Positions 25,646-37,800 of a stretch of 64,000 nt of DNA are shown in pieces. Source of the stretch: Isurus oxyrinchus (Eukaryota); the NCBI GenBank assembly GCA_026770705.1, contig JANJGN010000724.1, positions 124,001 through 188,000 of the forward strand, in the 5' to 3' direction. The notes beneath the pieces are model-generated. The model worked only from the letters and a program-made list of their open reading frames with translations, had not been told where the DNA came from and made no database searches. Position 1 is the stretch's first letter. Each line of letters begins with the position of its first letter. Both the position numbers and the translations under genes were made by a program.

Positions 25646-28600
25646 CTACAAGGTTGGGTTGGAGAAGCTGGGGTTGTTCTCCTTGGAGCAAAGGAGATTG
25701 AGGGGGGATCTGATCGAGGTGTACAAGATGATGATGGGTTTAGATAAGGCAGACAAAGAGAAGCTGTTGCCATTAGCTGATGGGACAAGGACTGGGGGAC
25801 ACAGATTGAAGGTTTTGGGCAGAGGGGGGATTTGAGGAGGAACTTTTTTACACAGCGAGTGGTAATGAGCTGGTACTCTCTGCCTACGAGGATGGTGGAA
25901 GCGGAGACGATGAACGATTTCAAAAGGAAATTGGATGGACACTTGAGGGGAAATAACCTTGCAGGGATACGGGGATAGAGCGGGGGAATGGGACTGACTG
26001 GATTGCTTTACAGAGAGACAGCATGGAGTCGATGGGCCGAATGCCGTTCTTCTGTTCCATGATGAGATTGTTGCTGTGCAAAGCTTTAAACTTCCTTTCA
26101 CTGTTTGTCTCTCCCAGACACAGACTCCAGTGATAGTGATAACCACAGCCACAAGGAATATCACAGCTCGTATTCCCAGGATCAGGATCACGTGCAGAAT
26201 CTCTCCTCCACTGTCTAGAGAACACACAGAAAGAAATCATCACTGACTCTCCGCTTTCAATCTCTCACTCTGGCTGAACAATCAAGCTTCATATCACTGC
26301 AACATTTGCTGTAATATTGACCCATCCACTGGGATTCAATGTGGAATGAATGTTTTCATTGTAAACACTCTAAGAGTGGACAATCGCAACTTTCCCCTTA
26401 GCGTGGAACATTGGTGAGAATGGATCATTGTGCTGTTGGACTCCCTGTCCAATGTTTCTCTCCATCGCTGTGTACAGGATTGTGCTGTAGAAAATTCTGG
26501 AAACGTTTAGTGCAGGGTGGAAATCCATCTCGGACGCGTGTGCGAATCGGGCAGGATCAAGATGGACTCCCCTTCGGACTTACACCCCCCGCTTAATAAA
26601 CAGTTCCAATCTTTACCCAGAGAGAGGGGAGAATGTGGAACTCGCTCCCACTGGGAGTGTGTGATGTGAACAGTATCGATGTATTTAAGGGGCAGGAGGG
26701 TCGGTAACCAGAGGGACACAGATTGACGAACCGGAGGGGGAGATGAGGAGAATTTGTTTTGACAGAGCGAGTTGTTGTGATCTGGAAGGTTCTGCCTGAA
26801 AGGGCAGTGGAAGCAGATTCAATAGGAACTTTCAAAAGGGAAATTGGATAAACACTTGAAGGAGGAAGATGGGGGCAAAGTGGAGTGGTGGTTAGTGGAT
26901 CTGATGGGATAGAACATTGAAAGACCTGGCACAGGCTCAATGGGCTGAATGGCCTCCTCCTGTGCTGTATCATTCTCCGCTTCCATGATCTCTCCCCCAG
27001 TCAGTAACCACTCCAGATCCCTCTTGAAGGTGACAGAGAAACAGCAACCACCACACCCACTGACAGCACATTCTCAAGGATCCCTACTCTCTGGGAAAAG
27101 ATGAACTCCCCAACATCCAGCCTATTCCTGCTTCCCGGAGAGTGTAAACCCTTCAGGGAGGCACTGAGGAAGTTTTCAATAAAATGACATCAAATCTACC
27201 GTTTGAGAAATAATTGAATTCCGATGAACTCACAGCTTGTGGAGCAATCTGGGAAGTAGAGTTGCTGGGAAAGCTGGGAAACACAAGGATTAAGGGCTAC
27301 AATGCCACCACTGGTGGGAGGCTGTAACTACAGCGTGACGTTTACATAGGCAGTCATCATTATAAACAGGGGCATTGCACATAATGGGAATTATGTGCAC
27401 GGAAATAGTGAGAACATTATGTAAGCTTTTCACCAGCAGGAATTCTCTTCCTAAACCTCTCCAACTCTCTCTTACTCTCAGATACACAAAGAAAATCACA
27501 CAGAATCAGATAAGGAAGAGTTGGGTTGGTGATTCATCAAAGGGTTAGGTTTCAGGAAGCTTCTTAAAAGGAGAGAGAGAGTTGGAGACGCAGAGAGTAT
27601 CTGTGAGTGTCTCTATGCATCTGAGTGTCTGTAATAGTAATTTCCATATTCTTCCATAAATATGAATGGGAACACAAATCCCAGATTTCAGGCCAACTCT
27701 CCAGTGCAGTACTGAGGGAGGTCAGGTAACCCATGAGGGAGTGAGTGTTAGTGTTTGTATGTGAGTGTGTCTTTGTGTGTGGTCATATATGTGTGTCTGC
27801 ACGTGTCTATTTAGGTGTGTATGTTCGATGGTGTTTGTGTCGTGTTCGAATCTGAGAGAGTTGTTGAAGTCTGTGTAACTCACGTTCCACACTGATGGTT
27901 ATGAACCCATCCACTGCTCCATGTTCTTTCTCTGCCACACACTGATAGTCTCCAGTGTCCCTGGATGTAACATGAGGAATCACCAACCACAGCTCATTGT
28001 TGGAACTTGTTCTGTTCATTTGGACATTCAGATGTCATGGCAGGAATCAAGAAGCCCGTTCACAGGATTACCAACAGAAAGTGAACAACAATTTATACTC
28101 AATGGGAAGAGAGTGCTGATTGGTTGGCAAGTGGTCTCTGATAGGTGGAGGTGTTGCCATGGAGAATGGTGTGTGCGAGATGTAAAGTTTAGACAGCTTG
28201 TCTCTTCATTCAGCAATAATCAAATAAAGATCAATTAACTTCTATCGACTTTGAAGCACTTAGAGAGGCCTTAGAATGTGGATACAGAGAACGGGCTGCA
28301 CTGTCAGAGGGTCTGCGCTGAGGGAGTGCTGATGTAGAATGAAAGGTGTATGTAATTACCTTGCACTGTTAGTACGAGGGTCCGCTCCGATGAAACAGAT
28401 GGATAACTCACTCTGCAGCTGAGATTGTGTCCGTGGTGTTTGAGTGATGGGATCAGGGTCAGAACAGAAGCATAGGACAGAGTGACACCATGCTGAGTTA
28501 CAGTGTTTGAAACTGATCCAGGTACGTCAGTGGGAGTGTCCCAGGTTAAGACAGGTGCTGCTGTTCCATTGCACGTTGTGTTGAAGGTGCAGCTTACATC

Positions 28601-28656
28601 CACACGCTTTCCTGCAATAATTTCAGCAGGGAATATCGTGGGTTTATCTGTGAAAT
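25646..28656 (-). pseudogene. Siglec-like copy E, inverted V-less fragment (C2 28360-28656, half domain 27884-28036, TM exon from 26214 reading through to 25646)
   Basis: Reverse complement of the copy C/D-type 3' region; no minus-strand signal or V exon anywhere in the window; an 11-nt deletion removes the normal stop. Confidence 0.85.
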
Positions 28657-29276
28657 CTAACAGACAGAGAATGGATCCTTTTAGAAAAATATAACGTGAA
28701 GCATCAGTTCAAATAGAAATCACAGTCCCACAAGAGAAAGCACTTTTACAAGGATGATATCAGAACTGAGAGGTTACAATGATCAGGAAAGATTTTCTTG
28801 CTCTTTGGCAGTAGTGTTTCTGTCTCTCAGCTTAATACACGTTCACTCCGAGACATGTGAATTGAGAATACTGGATGAGAGAAGAGGCTCAGACCAGAGA
28901 TTGGAGTTAAAAGCAGAATACTGTGGATGCTGGAAATCTGAAACCAAAACAAGATCATCCTTGTGAAGCTTTTTACCACCCTCTCCAGTGTCTCTATATC
29001 CTTTTCCAAATGCTGAGTCTGCTCTCCCCGAGCTGTGAGCTGTTCCTCCACCCTCACCCATTCTGGTCAAATCAAGGGTCACTGAGTGAGAGTGTATTAA
29101 TCTGAGTGACAGAGATTCAACAAGTGTAAAAATAGACAATTCTTTAATGATCATTGTAACCTCTCAGTTCTGATATCATCCTTGTAAAAGTGCTTTCTCT
29201 TGTGGGACTGTGGTTTCTATTTGAACTGATGCTTCACGTTATATTTCTCTAAAAGGATCCATTCTCTGTGTGTTAG

Positions 29277-30048
29277 ATTTCACAGATAAACCCACGATAT
29301 TCCCTGCTGAAATTATTGCAGGAAAGCGTGTGGATGTAAGCTGCACCTTCAACACAACATGCAATGGAACAGCAGCACCTGTCTTAACCTGGGACACTCC
29401 CACTGACGTACCTGGATCAGTCTCAAACACTGTAACTCAGCATGGTGTCTCTCTGACCTATCCTTCTGTTCTGACCCTGATCCCATCACTCAAACACCAC
29501 GGACACATCACAGCTGCAGAGTGAGATATCCATCTGTTTCATCGGAGCGGACCCTCGTACTAACTGTGCAAGGTAATTACATACATCTTTCATTCTACAT
29601 CAGCACTCCCTCAGCGCTGACCCTCTGACAGTGCAGCCCGTTCTCAGTATCCACATTCTAAGGCCTCTCTAAGTGCTTCAAAGTCGATAGAAGTTAATTG
29701 ATCTTTATTTGTTTATTGCTGAATGAAGAGACAAGCTGTCTAAACTTTACATCTCACATACACCATTCTCCATGGCAACAACTCCACCTATCAGAGACCA
29801 CTTGCCAACCAATCAGCACTCTCTTCCCATTAAGTATAAATTGTTGTTCACTTTCTGTTGGTAATCCTGTGAACGGGCTTCTTGATTCCTGCCATGACAT
29901 CTGAATGTCCAAATGAACAGAACAAGTTCCAACAATGAGCTGTGGTTGGTGATTCCTCACATTACATCCAGGGACACTGGAGACTATCAGTGTGTGGCAG
30001 AGAATGAACATGGAGCAGTGGAGGGGTTCATAACCATCACTGTGGAAC
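29277..30048 (+). pseudogene. Siglec-like copy F fragment (C2 29277-29572, half domain 29896-30048; TM exon deleted)
   Basis: C2 exon is 296 nt (1-nt deletion); junction at 30560/30561 skips about 1.66 kb relative to copy C. Confidence 0.88.
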
Positions 30049-31519
30049 GTGAGTTACACAGACTTCAACATCTCTCTCAGATTTGAACACTACACAAACA
30101 CCATCGAACATACACACCTAAATAGACACGTGCAGACACACATATATGACCACACACAAAGACACACTCACACACAAACACTAACACTCACTCCCTCATG
30201 GGTTACCTGACCTCCCTCAGTACTGCACTGGAGAGTTGGCCTGAATTCTGGGATTTGTGTTCCCATTCATATTTATGGAAGAATATGGAAATTACTATTA
30301 CAGACACTCAGATGCATAGAGACACTCACAGATACTCTCTGCGTCTCCAACTCTCTCTCTCCCTTTAAGAAGCTTCCTGAAACCTAACCCTTTGATGAAT
30401 CACCAACCCAACTCTTCCTTATCTGATTCTGTGAGATTTTCTTTGTGTATCTGAGAGTAAGAGAGAGTTGGAGAGGTTTAGGAAGAGAATTCCTGCTGGT
30501 GAAAAGCTTACATAATGTTCTCACTATTTCCGTGCACATAATTCCCATTATGTGCAATGCCACCTCGATCAGATCCCCCCTCAATCTCCTTTGCTCCAAG
30601 GAGAACAACCCCAGCTTCTCCAACCCAACCTTGTAGCTAAAATCCCTCATCCCTGGACCCATTCTGCTCAATCTCCTCCCCACCCTCTCAAGGACCCTCA
30701 CTTCCTTCCCAAAGTGAGGAGACCAGAACTGGACACAATACTCTAGTTGTGTCCTAACCAGAGCTTTATAAATGTTCAGCATAACCTCCCTGTGTTTGTA
30801 CTCAATCCCTCGATTTATGAAAAGCTTATTCTTTCCATCATCACAAACAACAATTTCCAAGCGGACTCCCATCAGCAGACAGAGTGCAATGAAACATCGG
30901 CATGCCTGCTTCTTAATGTACGGAGAGAAACCTGGAACGAGAGATTGTCCTTCTTCTCCTCAGCAAGCTGAAACTTTTCCTTATACCTGGTGCTCCCCAG
31001 TCCTGCTGTGTGGACACATCATAACCACGGCATTGTCTGGCTGTGTGCAGCCAACATGGTCGAATAGGAATGAACAGAAATGTGACGTTGCTAAACTCTG
31101 TTCTCTGATTGGAATGTGCTTTCTGAATGCTGCACCTTTTTCATGCTGCGATAGATTGTAAGAAGCATTTGGGTGATGAATAAAATTACATTGATTAACA
31201 CAAGTGATTAAAATGCACAGGCTGTTCTGTAGATATTTACACATTAAAATTCTCATTTTACTGCAAATTCTTGGCTCAAAGACATTACTTCATGTTGTGA
31301 TGATTTTCCAATCATGTGAATTATTGTGCCCATCTTTATAATGGAAACTTCCCATGTAAACATGTCACATTGTAGTTAGGCACTCCTGCCATTGGGTGGT
31401 GTGATATCAAAGCTGCCTTGCTGCTCAGAAACAGCGAGAAATATTCCTGTTCTAAATTTGAAGTTAGTGAGACAAAGGCATTAGATGCAATTTTGTGAAA
31501 CTTGTACAATGTTCTTTAG

Positions 31520-34030
31520 ATAGTGGAGCACTCCCTCAGTACTGACCCTCCAACAGTGCAGCACTCCCTCAGTACTGACCCTCCAACAGTGCAGCACTCC
31601 CTCAATACTGATCATACAAGAGTGCAGCACTCCCTCAGTACTGACCAACTGACAGTGCAGCACTCCCTCAGTACTAACCCTCCAACAGTGCAGCACTCAC
31701 TCAGTACTGACCCTCCAACAGTGCAGCACTCCCTCAGTACTGACCACACAAGAGTGCAGCACTCCCTCAGTACTGACCAACCGACAGTGCAGCACTCCCT
31801 CAGTACTGACCCTCCAACAGTGCAGCACTCCCCCAGTACTGACCATACAAGAGTGCAGCACTCCCCCAGTACTGACCATACAAGTGTGCAGCACTCCCTC
31901 AGTACTGACCAACCGACAGTGCAGCACTCCCTCAGTACTGACCCTCCAACAGTGCAGCACTCCCTCAGTACTGACTATACAATAGTGCGGCACTACATCA
32001 GTATTGACCCACCAAGTGTCCAGCACTTCCTCAATACTGACCCACTGACAGTGCAGCACTCCCTCAGTACTGACACACCAAGAGTGCAGCATTCCCTCAG
32101 TACTGACCCTCCGACAGTGCAGCACTCCCTCAGTACTGACCCTCCAACAGTGCAGCACTCCCTCAGTACTGACCCTCCGACAGTGCAGCACTACCTCAGT
32201 ACTGACCCGATGACAGTGCAACACTACCTCAGTACTGACCCTCTGACAGTGCAGCACTACCTCAGTTCTGACCCTCCAACAGTGTAGCACTCCCTCAGTA
32301 CTGACCCTCTGAATGTGCAGCACTCCCTCAGTACTGACTCTCTGACAGTGCAGCACTCCCTCAGTACTGTCCCTCTGACAGTGCAGCACTCCCTCAGGAA
32401 CAAGACTCTGACAGTGCAGCACTCCCTCAGTACTGACCCTCCGACAGGGCAGCACTCCTCAGAACTGTCCCTCCAAGAGTGCAGCACTACCTCAGTACTG
32501 AGCCTCCGACAGTGCAGCATTCCCTCTGTACTGACCCTCTGACAGTGCAGCACTACCTCAGTACTAACCCTCCGACAGTGCAGCAATACCTCAGTTCTGA
32601 CCCTCCAACAGTGCAGCACTCCCTCAGTACTGACCCTCTGAATGTGCAGCACTCCCTCAGTACTGACCCTCTGACAGTGCAGCACTCCCACAGTACTGAC
32701 CTTCTGATAGTGCAGCACTCCCTCAGTACTGACCCTCTGACAGTGCAGCACTCCCTCAGTGCTGACCCTCTGACAGTGCAGCACTCCCCCAGTACTGACC
32801 ATACAAGAGTGCAGCACTCCCCCAGTACTGACCATACAAGTGTGCAGCACTCCCTCAGTACTGACCAACCGACAGTGCAGCACTCCCTCAGTACTGACCC
32901 TCCAACAGTGCAGCACTCCCTCAGTACTGACTATACAATAGTGCGGCACTACATCAGTATTGACCCACCAAGTGTCCAGCACTTCCTCAATACTGACCCA
33001 CTGACAGTGCAGCACTCCCTCAGTACTGACACACCAAGAGTGCAGCATTCCCTCAGTACTGACCCTCCGACAGTGCAGCACTCCCTCAGTACTGACCCTC
33101 CAACAGTGCAGCACTCCCTCAGTACTGACCCTCCGACAGTGCAGCACTCCCTCAGTACTGACCCGATGACAGTGCAACACTACCTCAGTACTGACCCTCC
33201 GACAGTGCAGCACTACCTCAGTTCTGACCCTCCAACTGTGTAGCACTCCCTCAGTACTGACCCTCTGAATGTGCAGCACTCCCTCAGTACTGACCCTCTG
33301 ACAGTGCAGCACTCCCTCAGTACTGTCCCTCTGACAGTGCAGCACTCCCTCAGGAACAAGACTCTGACAGTGCAGCACTCCCTCAGTACTGACCCTCCGA
33401 CAGGGCAGCACTCCTCAGAACTGTCCCTCCAAGAGTGCAGCACTACCTCAGTACTGAGCCTCCGACAGTGCAGCATTCCCTCTGTACTGACCCTCTGACA
33501 GTGCAGCACTACCTCAGTACTAACCCTCCGACAGTGCAGCAATACCTCAGTTCTGACCCTCCAACAGTGCAGCACTCCCTCAGTACTGACCCTCTGAATG
33601 TGCAGCACTCCCTCAGTACTGACCCTCTGACAGTGCAGCACTCCCACAGTACTGACCTTCTGATAGTGCAGCACTCCCTCAGTACTGACCCTCTGACAGT
33701 GCAGCACTCCCTCAGTGCTGACCCTCTGACAGTGCAGCACTCCCTCAGTACTGACCCTCTGACAGTGCAGCACTCCCTCAGTACTGACCCTCTGACAGTG
33801 CAGCACTCCCTCAGTACTGACCCTCTGACAGTGCAGCACTCCCTCAGCACTGACCCTCTGACAGTGCAGCACGCCCTCAGGAACAATACAACAATACTCT
33901 GACAGTGCAGAACTCCTTTGCTGCTGACCCTCCAACAGAGCAGCACTTCTTCAGACCTGATCCTGCGACAGAGCAGCACCCCATCAGAACTGACCCCCTG
34001 ATGGTGCCGCACGTGCTCAGTATTTACCCT
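31520..34030 (+). repeat. 33-bp minisatellite array (ctcagtactgaccctccgacagtgcagcactcc), about 75 units, with a 956-bp higher-order duplication
   Basis: Direct tandem units; variant series at 31831 recurs at 32787. Confidence 0.97.
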
Positions 34031-34210
34031 GCAACAGCACAATTAAATATTAACCCTCGGAGCCATGGTAGAAAACTGACGTTACCAAATAGCAAACAAC
34101 AGAAGAGAAGCATCACAGAGTCACAATAAATAGGTCAAAAGTGTGATTATGTTGCAACGCTTTGTGGTATGAAGCACTCATTCCTACTGCCTGTTTACTC
34201 ACTCCTTTGC

Positions 34211-34224
34211 TACTTCCTCATTTT
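34211..34224 (-). promoter_or_regulatory. PU.1/ETS-like site (AAAATGAGGAAGTA); also at 45091, 50283 and 59122
   Basis: Purine-rich GGAA motif immediately upstream of the putative first exon in four copies. Confidence 0.4.
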
Positions 34225-34233
34225 GTCTCACAG

Positions 34234-34351
34234 AGACACATCAACCCTTTCTAATTAAATACACAGAGGGAGCAGCACAGGAAGAGGTCATTCAGCCCAA
34301 GCAGAGCGTGTGGGCAGTTCCTCCCCAGGCGAGCAGTCGGACAGGTCCTGG
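34234..34351 (+). other. Putative 5'-UTR exon of copy A (equivalents end at 45231, 50423 and 59262)
   Basis: Block conserved in four copies, ending in tgg|gtaagt about 0.4 kb before the signal-exon acceptor; 5' boundary uncertain. Confidence 0.55.
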
Positions 34352-34800
34352 GTAAGTAACGGAACGACTGGAATTCACTTCCACGACCAACACCGTCCTT
34401 TGTTGATGTTGTGACTTTATAAAGACAGATTCCAATGATTGATGCCTTTGAAAGATTTCTACTGATTATTGAGATCTGGGTGTGAGACTCAAGTCTGTTG
34501 TACAGAACATCTTTCTAGCTCAAGGGATGAGGGAAGAGCAGGGACATGAGCTTTGGGGTGTCCTGAGCAGGTGAAAGGCGATATAGAAATGCAAGTCCTT
34601 CATTGTTTTTCTTTTTCAAGCCTTGTAACTCTCGCCAGAGCACCTATCATCCCACAGAGAATCAAATTAATCTGTGAAGACATTGTCTAAAAGGAGTTCT
34701 GATCCCTCGAGAGCTGTCGGACAAGAGGTGAGGTCTCATTAACTCCTTTCTCTTTCAGAGTTTGAGAGTGAGAAGCTGTTGAAATATCTGGGAGTGGACA

Positions 34801-34840
34801 ATGATCGGGAAATATTACTGCCTCCTGTCACTTCTCCAAG
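34801..34840 (+). CDS. Copy A signal-peptide exon, coding part (MIGKYYCLLSLLQ)
   Basis: ATG at 34801, hydrophobic run, caag|gtaat phase-1 donor; homologous exon present in copies B, C and D. Confidence 0.85.
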
Positions 34841-37800
34841 GTAATATCATCGTCAGCTCAGATAGATTTATGGTTAATAGTCTTCGTAAAAGATCATTCT
34901 TATTGAGCTCTGATTGGGAAGTGATTCAGCAGTGAGCCAGTGTACAAACTCACACCAAGTCCCATTCACCCATCATCCCTGTGCTCACTGATATACACTG
35001 ACTCCCTGTCTGACAGCAGAATTGGAGGAGTGCAGAGATCACAGAGGGTTGTAGGTTTGGAGGAGGTTACAGAGACAGGGAGTGGAGCGGAGTGATGGAG
35101 GGATTGGAAATCAAGTGTGAAAATAATCACATCGAGGTGTTGCTGGACTGGGAGCCAGTGTAGGTCAGCGAGTGACTTGTGGGGTCGGGGTGGAGGTTTG
35201 GGGAGGTGAAAGTTTGAGTAGAAAATTGGACACAAAATTCAGGGGATGAAGTCTATCTTGTGGCTAGGACTCTGACAGCAATGGCCTGAAATTAGTGTCT
35301 TTTGCTGATTTTAGTCAGAATTTCCCATGAAGACAGCACAGCAGCTCCTAGAATAGACAGGCTGTTCAGTGTCACACTTCTGTCCATTCTCACCATGCTA
35401 GATACTTCAATAAGGGAACAAGATAACTGAAAGAGAGAAGGAAGGCAAAGCTGTCTGTGTGTAAAGGTGTCAATATTCAGTTTGTATATTTGTCTTTCTC
35501 TCGACACATGCAGAGCTCAGGCTAGAGGCACTTTGTTAGTGTGTTTCACAGTGTCTGCTGGAGTAGGGTCAGTGCTGAGCTTGGGGACAAGTCAGTCTAC
35601 AATGCTGCATCGGAATCAACAATACAACAATATGGGGTTTGGTTCAGAAATAATCCCCTAGACAATGAGGATCCAAAGAGATTCCTTAGACAATGAGGAT
35701 CCAGGGTTAAATATTGATATTTCTCTCCCCAGTTGGACTGTCACAAGAGTGGAAAGGTGACACTCCACGAGAGGTGACAGCGCAGGAAGGTTCGTGTGTA
35801 CAGATGCGGTGTCACTACAGTTATCCAGCATATTTTGAAAACAAACGACAAGTCGGAATCTGGTTAAATAATGAGAAATACAAATTCTGGCCTCCCATTG
35901 CCTTTCACTCCAAGGATCACAGTCACGAGTTACCACGGTTCCACCATCGGACCCGGCTGTCTGGAGACCTGAAAGATGGCGACTGTTCCCTGATTATAAA
36001 CAACATCAGACGGGAAGATGCAGGACCTTATTTTTTCAGAATAGAATTTGACAATGGTCCGAGCCATAACTATTACCCTGTAACCCAGCTTCAGGTTTCT
36101 GGTAAGTGCTGTGTTATAATTACTCAACAATTCACATTCAACACTCAATGGGAAATAACACAAACTGTGATGTTTACACATTAACACAAAACACAGTTTA
36201 TTTTCACAGACCGTCTGATTCTCAATAACCTGGTGATAGCTTCCAGTTCAGTCCTTAAGCAACCTCTAATACTCACTTTAATATCAATGATTAAATGTAT
36301 TGACTGTGTCCATCAATGTTATCAGGTTATCCACTCCCATCAGTCTACCTAATGCTTTTTAAATGTCTAACAATTTGACAAAAGAAGGATGTGCATTCCT
36401 ATAGCGCCTTACACCACCTCAGCAAACTTCAAATCATTTCACAGACAATGAAGAAATTCTTGAAGTATAGTCACTGTCTAACGTGGCAGTGAGTTTGTAC
36501 ACAGGAAGCTCCCACAGAGAGCAATGGGATCAGTGACCCAGATCTCTGAGAGAATGATGAGCCAGGGTTCCATGAGCTGTGGGCTGCTCCATCACCCACA
36601 CCCCAGTGTTGGCAATTCAAGGTTCTGGGAGTGAAAGTGTATTCAGCTCAGTGACACATTCCCCACCAAGTTTGAAAATAGGAAAGTTGCTGCTGATTGT
36701 TGTGACCTCTCAGTTCCCATCTCATCCTTGGAAACCTGCTTTCAAAATACAAAAGCAATTCTCGCATTTCCATAGCGCCTTTCACCACCTCAGGACGATC
36801 CTAAATCAATTCACAGCCAATGAAGTGATTCTTGAAGCACACATTCTCCCCACTCTCTGGGTAAAGAAGTTTCTCCTGAATTCCCCATTGGATTTATTAG
36901 TGAGGATCTTATATTGTCAGCCTCTGGTTTTGTTCATTGTGAGGAGTGGAAACACTCTCTCCATGTCTACTCGATCAAAACCTTTCATTACTTCAAAGGT
37001 CAAATGAGGTCACCCCTCAACCTTCTCTGTTCACGGGAACAGAGTCCCAGCCTGTACATCCTCTCCTGATAGGTAAAGCCTCACATTGCTGAGATCATCC
37101 TTGTGAAGCTTTTTACCACCCTCTCCAGTGTCTCTATATCCTTTTCCAAATGCTGAGTCTGTTCTCCCCGAGCTGTGAGCTGTTCCTCCACCCTCACCCA
37201 GTCTGGTCAAATCAAGGGTCACTGAGTGAGAGTGTATTAATCTGAGTGACAGAGATTCAACAAGTGTAAAAATAGACAATTCTTTAATGATCATTGTAAC
37301 CTCTCAGTTCTGATATCATCCTTGTAAAAGTGCTTTCTCTTGTGGGACTGTGGTTTCTATTTGAACTGATGCTTCACGTTATATTTCTCTAAAAGGATCC
37401 ATTCTCTGTGTGTTAGATTTCACAGATAAACCCACGATATTCCCTGCTGAAATTATTGCAGGAAAGCGTGTGGATGTAAGCTGCACCTTCAACACAACGT
37501 GCAATGGAACAGCAGCACCTGTCTTAACCTGGGACACTCCCACTGACGTACCTGGATCAGTGTCAAACACTGTAACTCAGCATGGTGTCACTCTGACCTA
37601 TACTTCTGTTCTGACCCTGATCCCATCACTCAAACACCACGGACACACTCTCAGCTGCAGAGTGAGATATCCATCTGTTTCATCGGAGCGGACCCTCGTA
37701 CTAACGGTGCAATGTAAGTATGGACATCCTTCATTCTGCGTTAGCTGGAATAGTATAAAATGTGCACAGCAAGCTCCCACATACTGCATTTTGTTGACCA

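Noticed and set aside
31520-34030. Long ORFs (up to 384 aa, VQHSLSTDPPT / RVSTEGVLHC) and CRISPR-like periodicity
   Set aside because: A 33-bp unit is divisible by 3 and stop-free in some frames; there are no unique spacers and no cas genes; the same repeat is dispersed through the window
35733-36101. Rearranging antigen-receptor V segment (Ig, TCR or IgNAR)
   Set aside because: It lacks the F-strand YYC, ends in a splice donor rather than an RSS, includes its own G strand and has the Siglec Cys pattern
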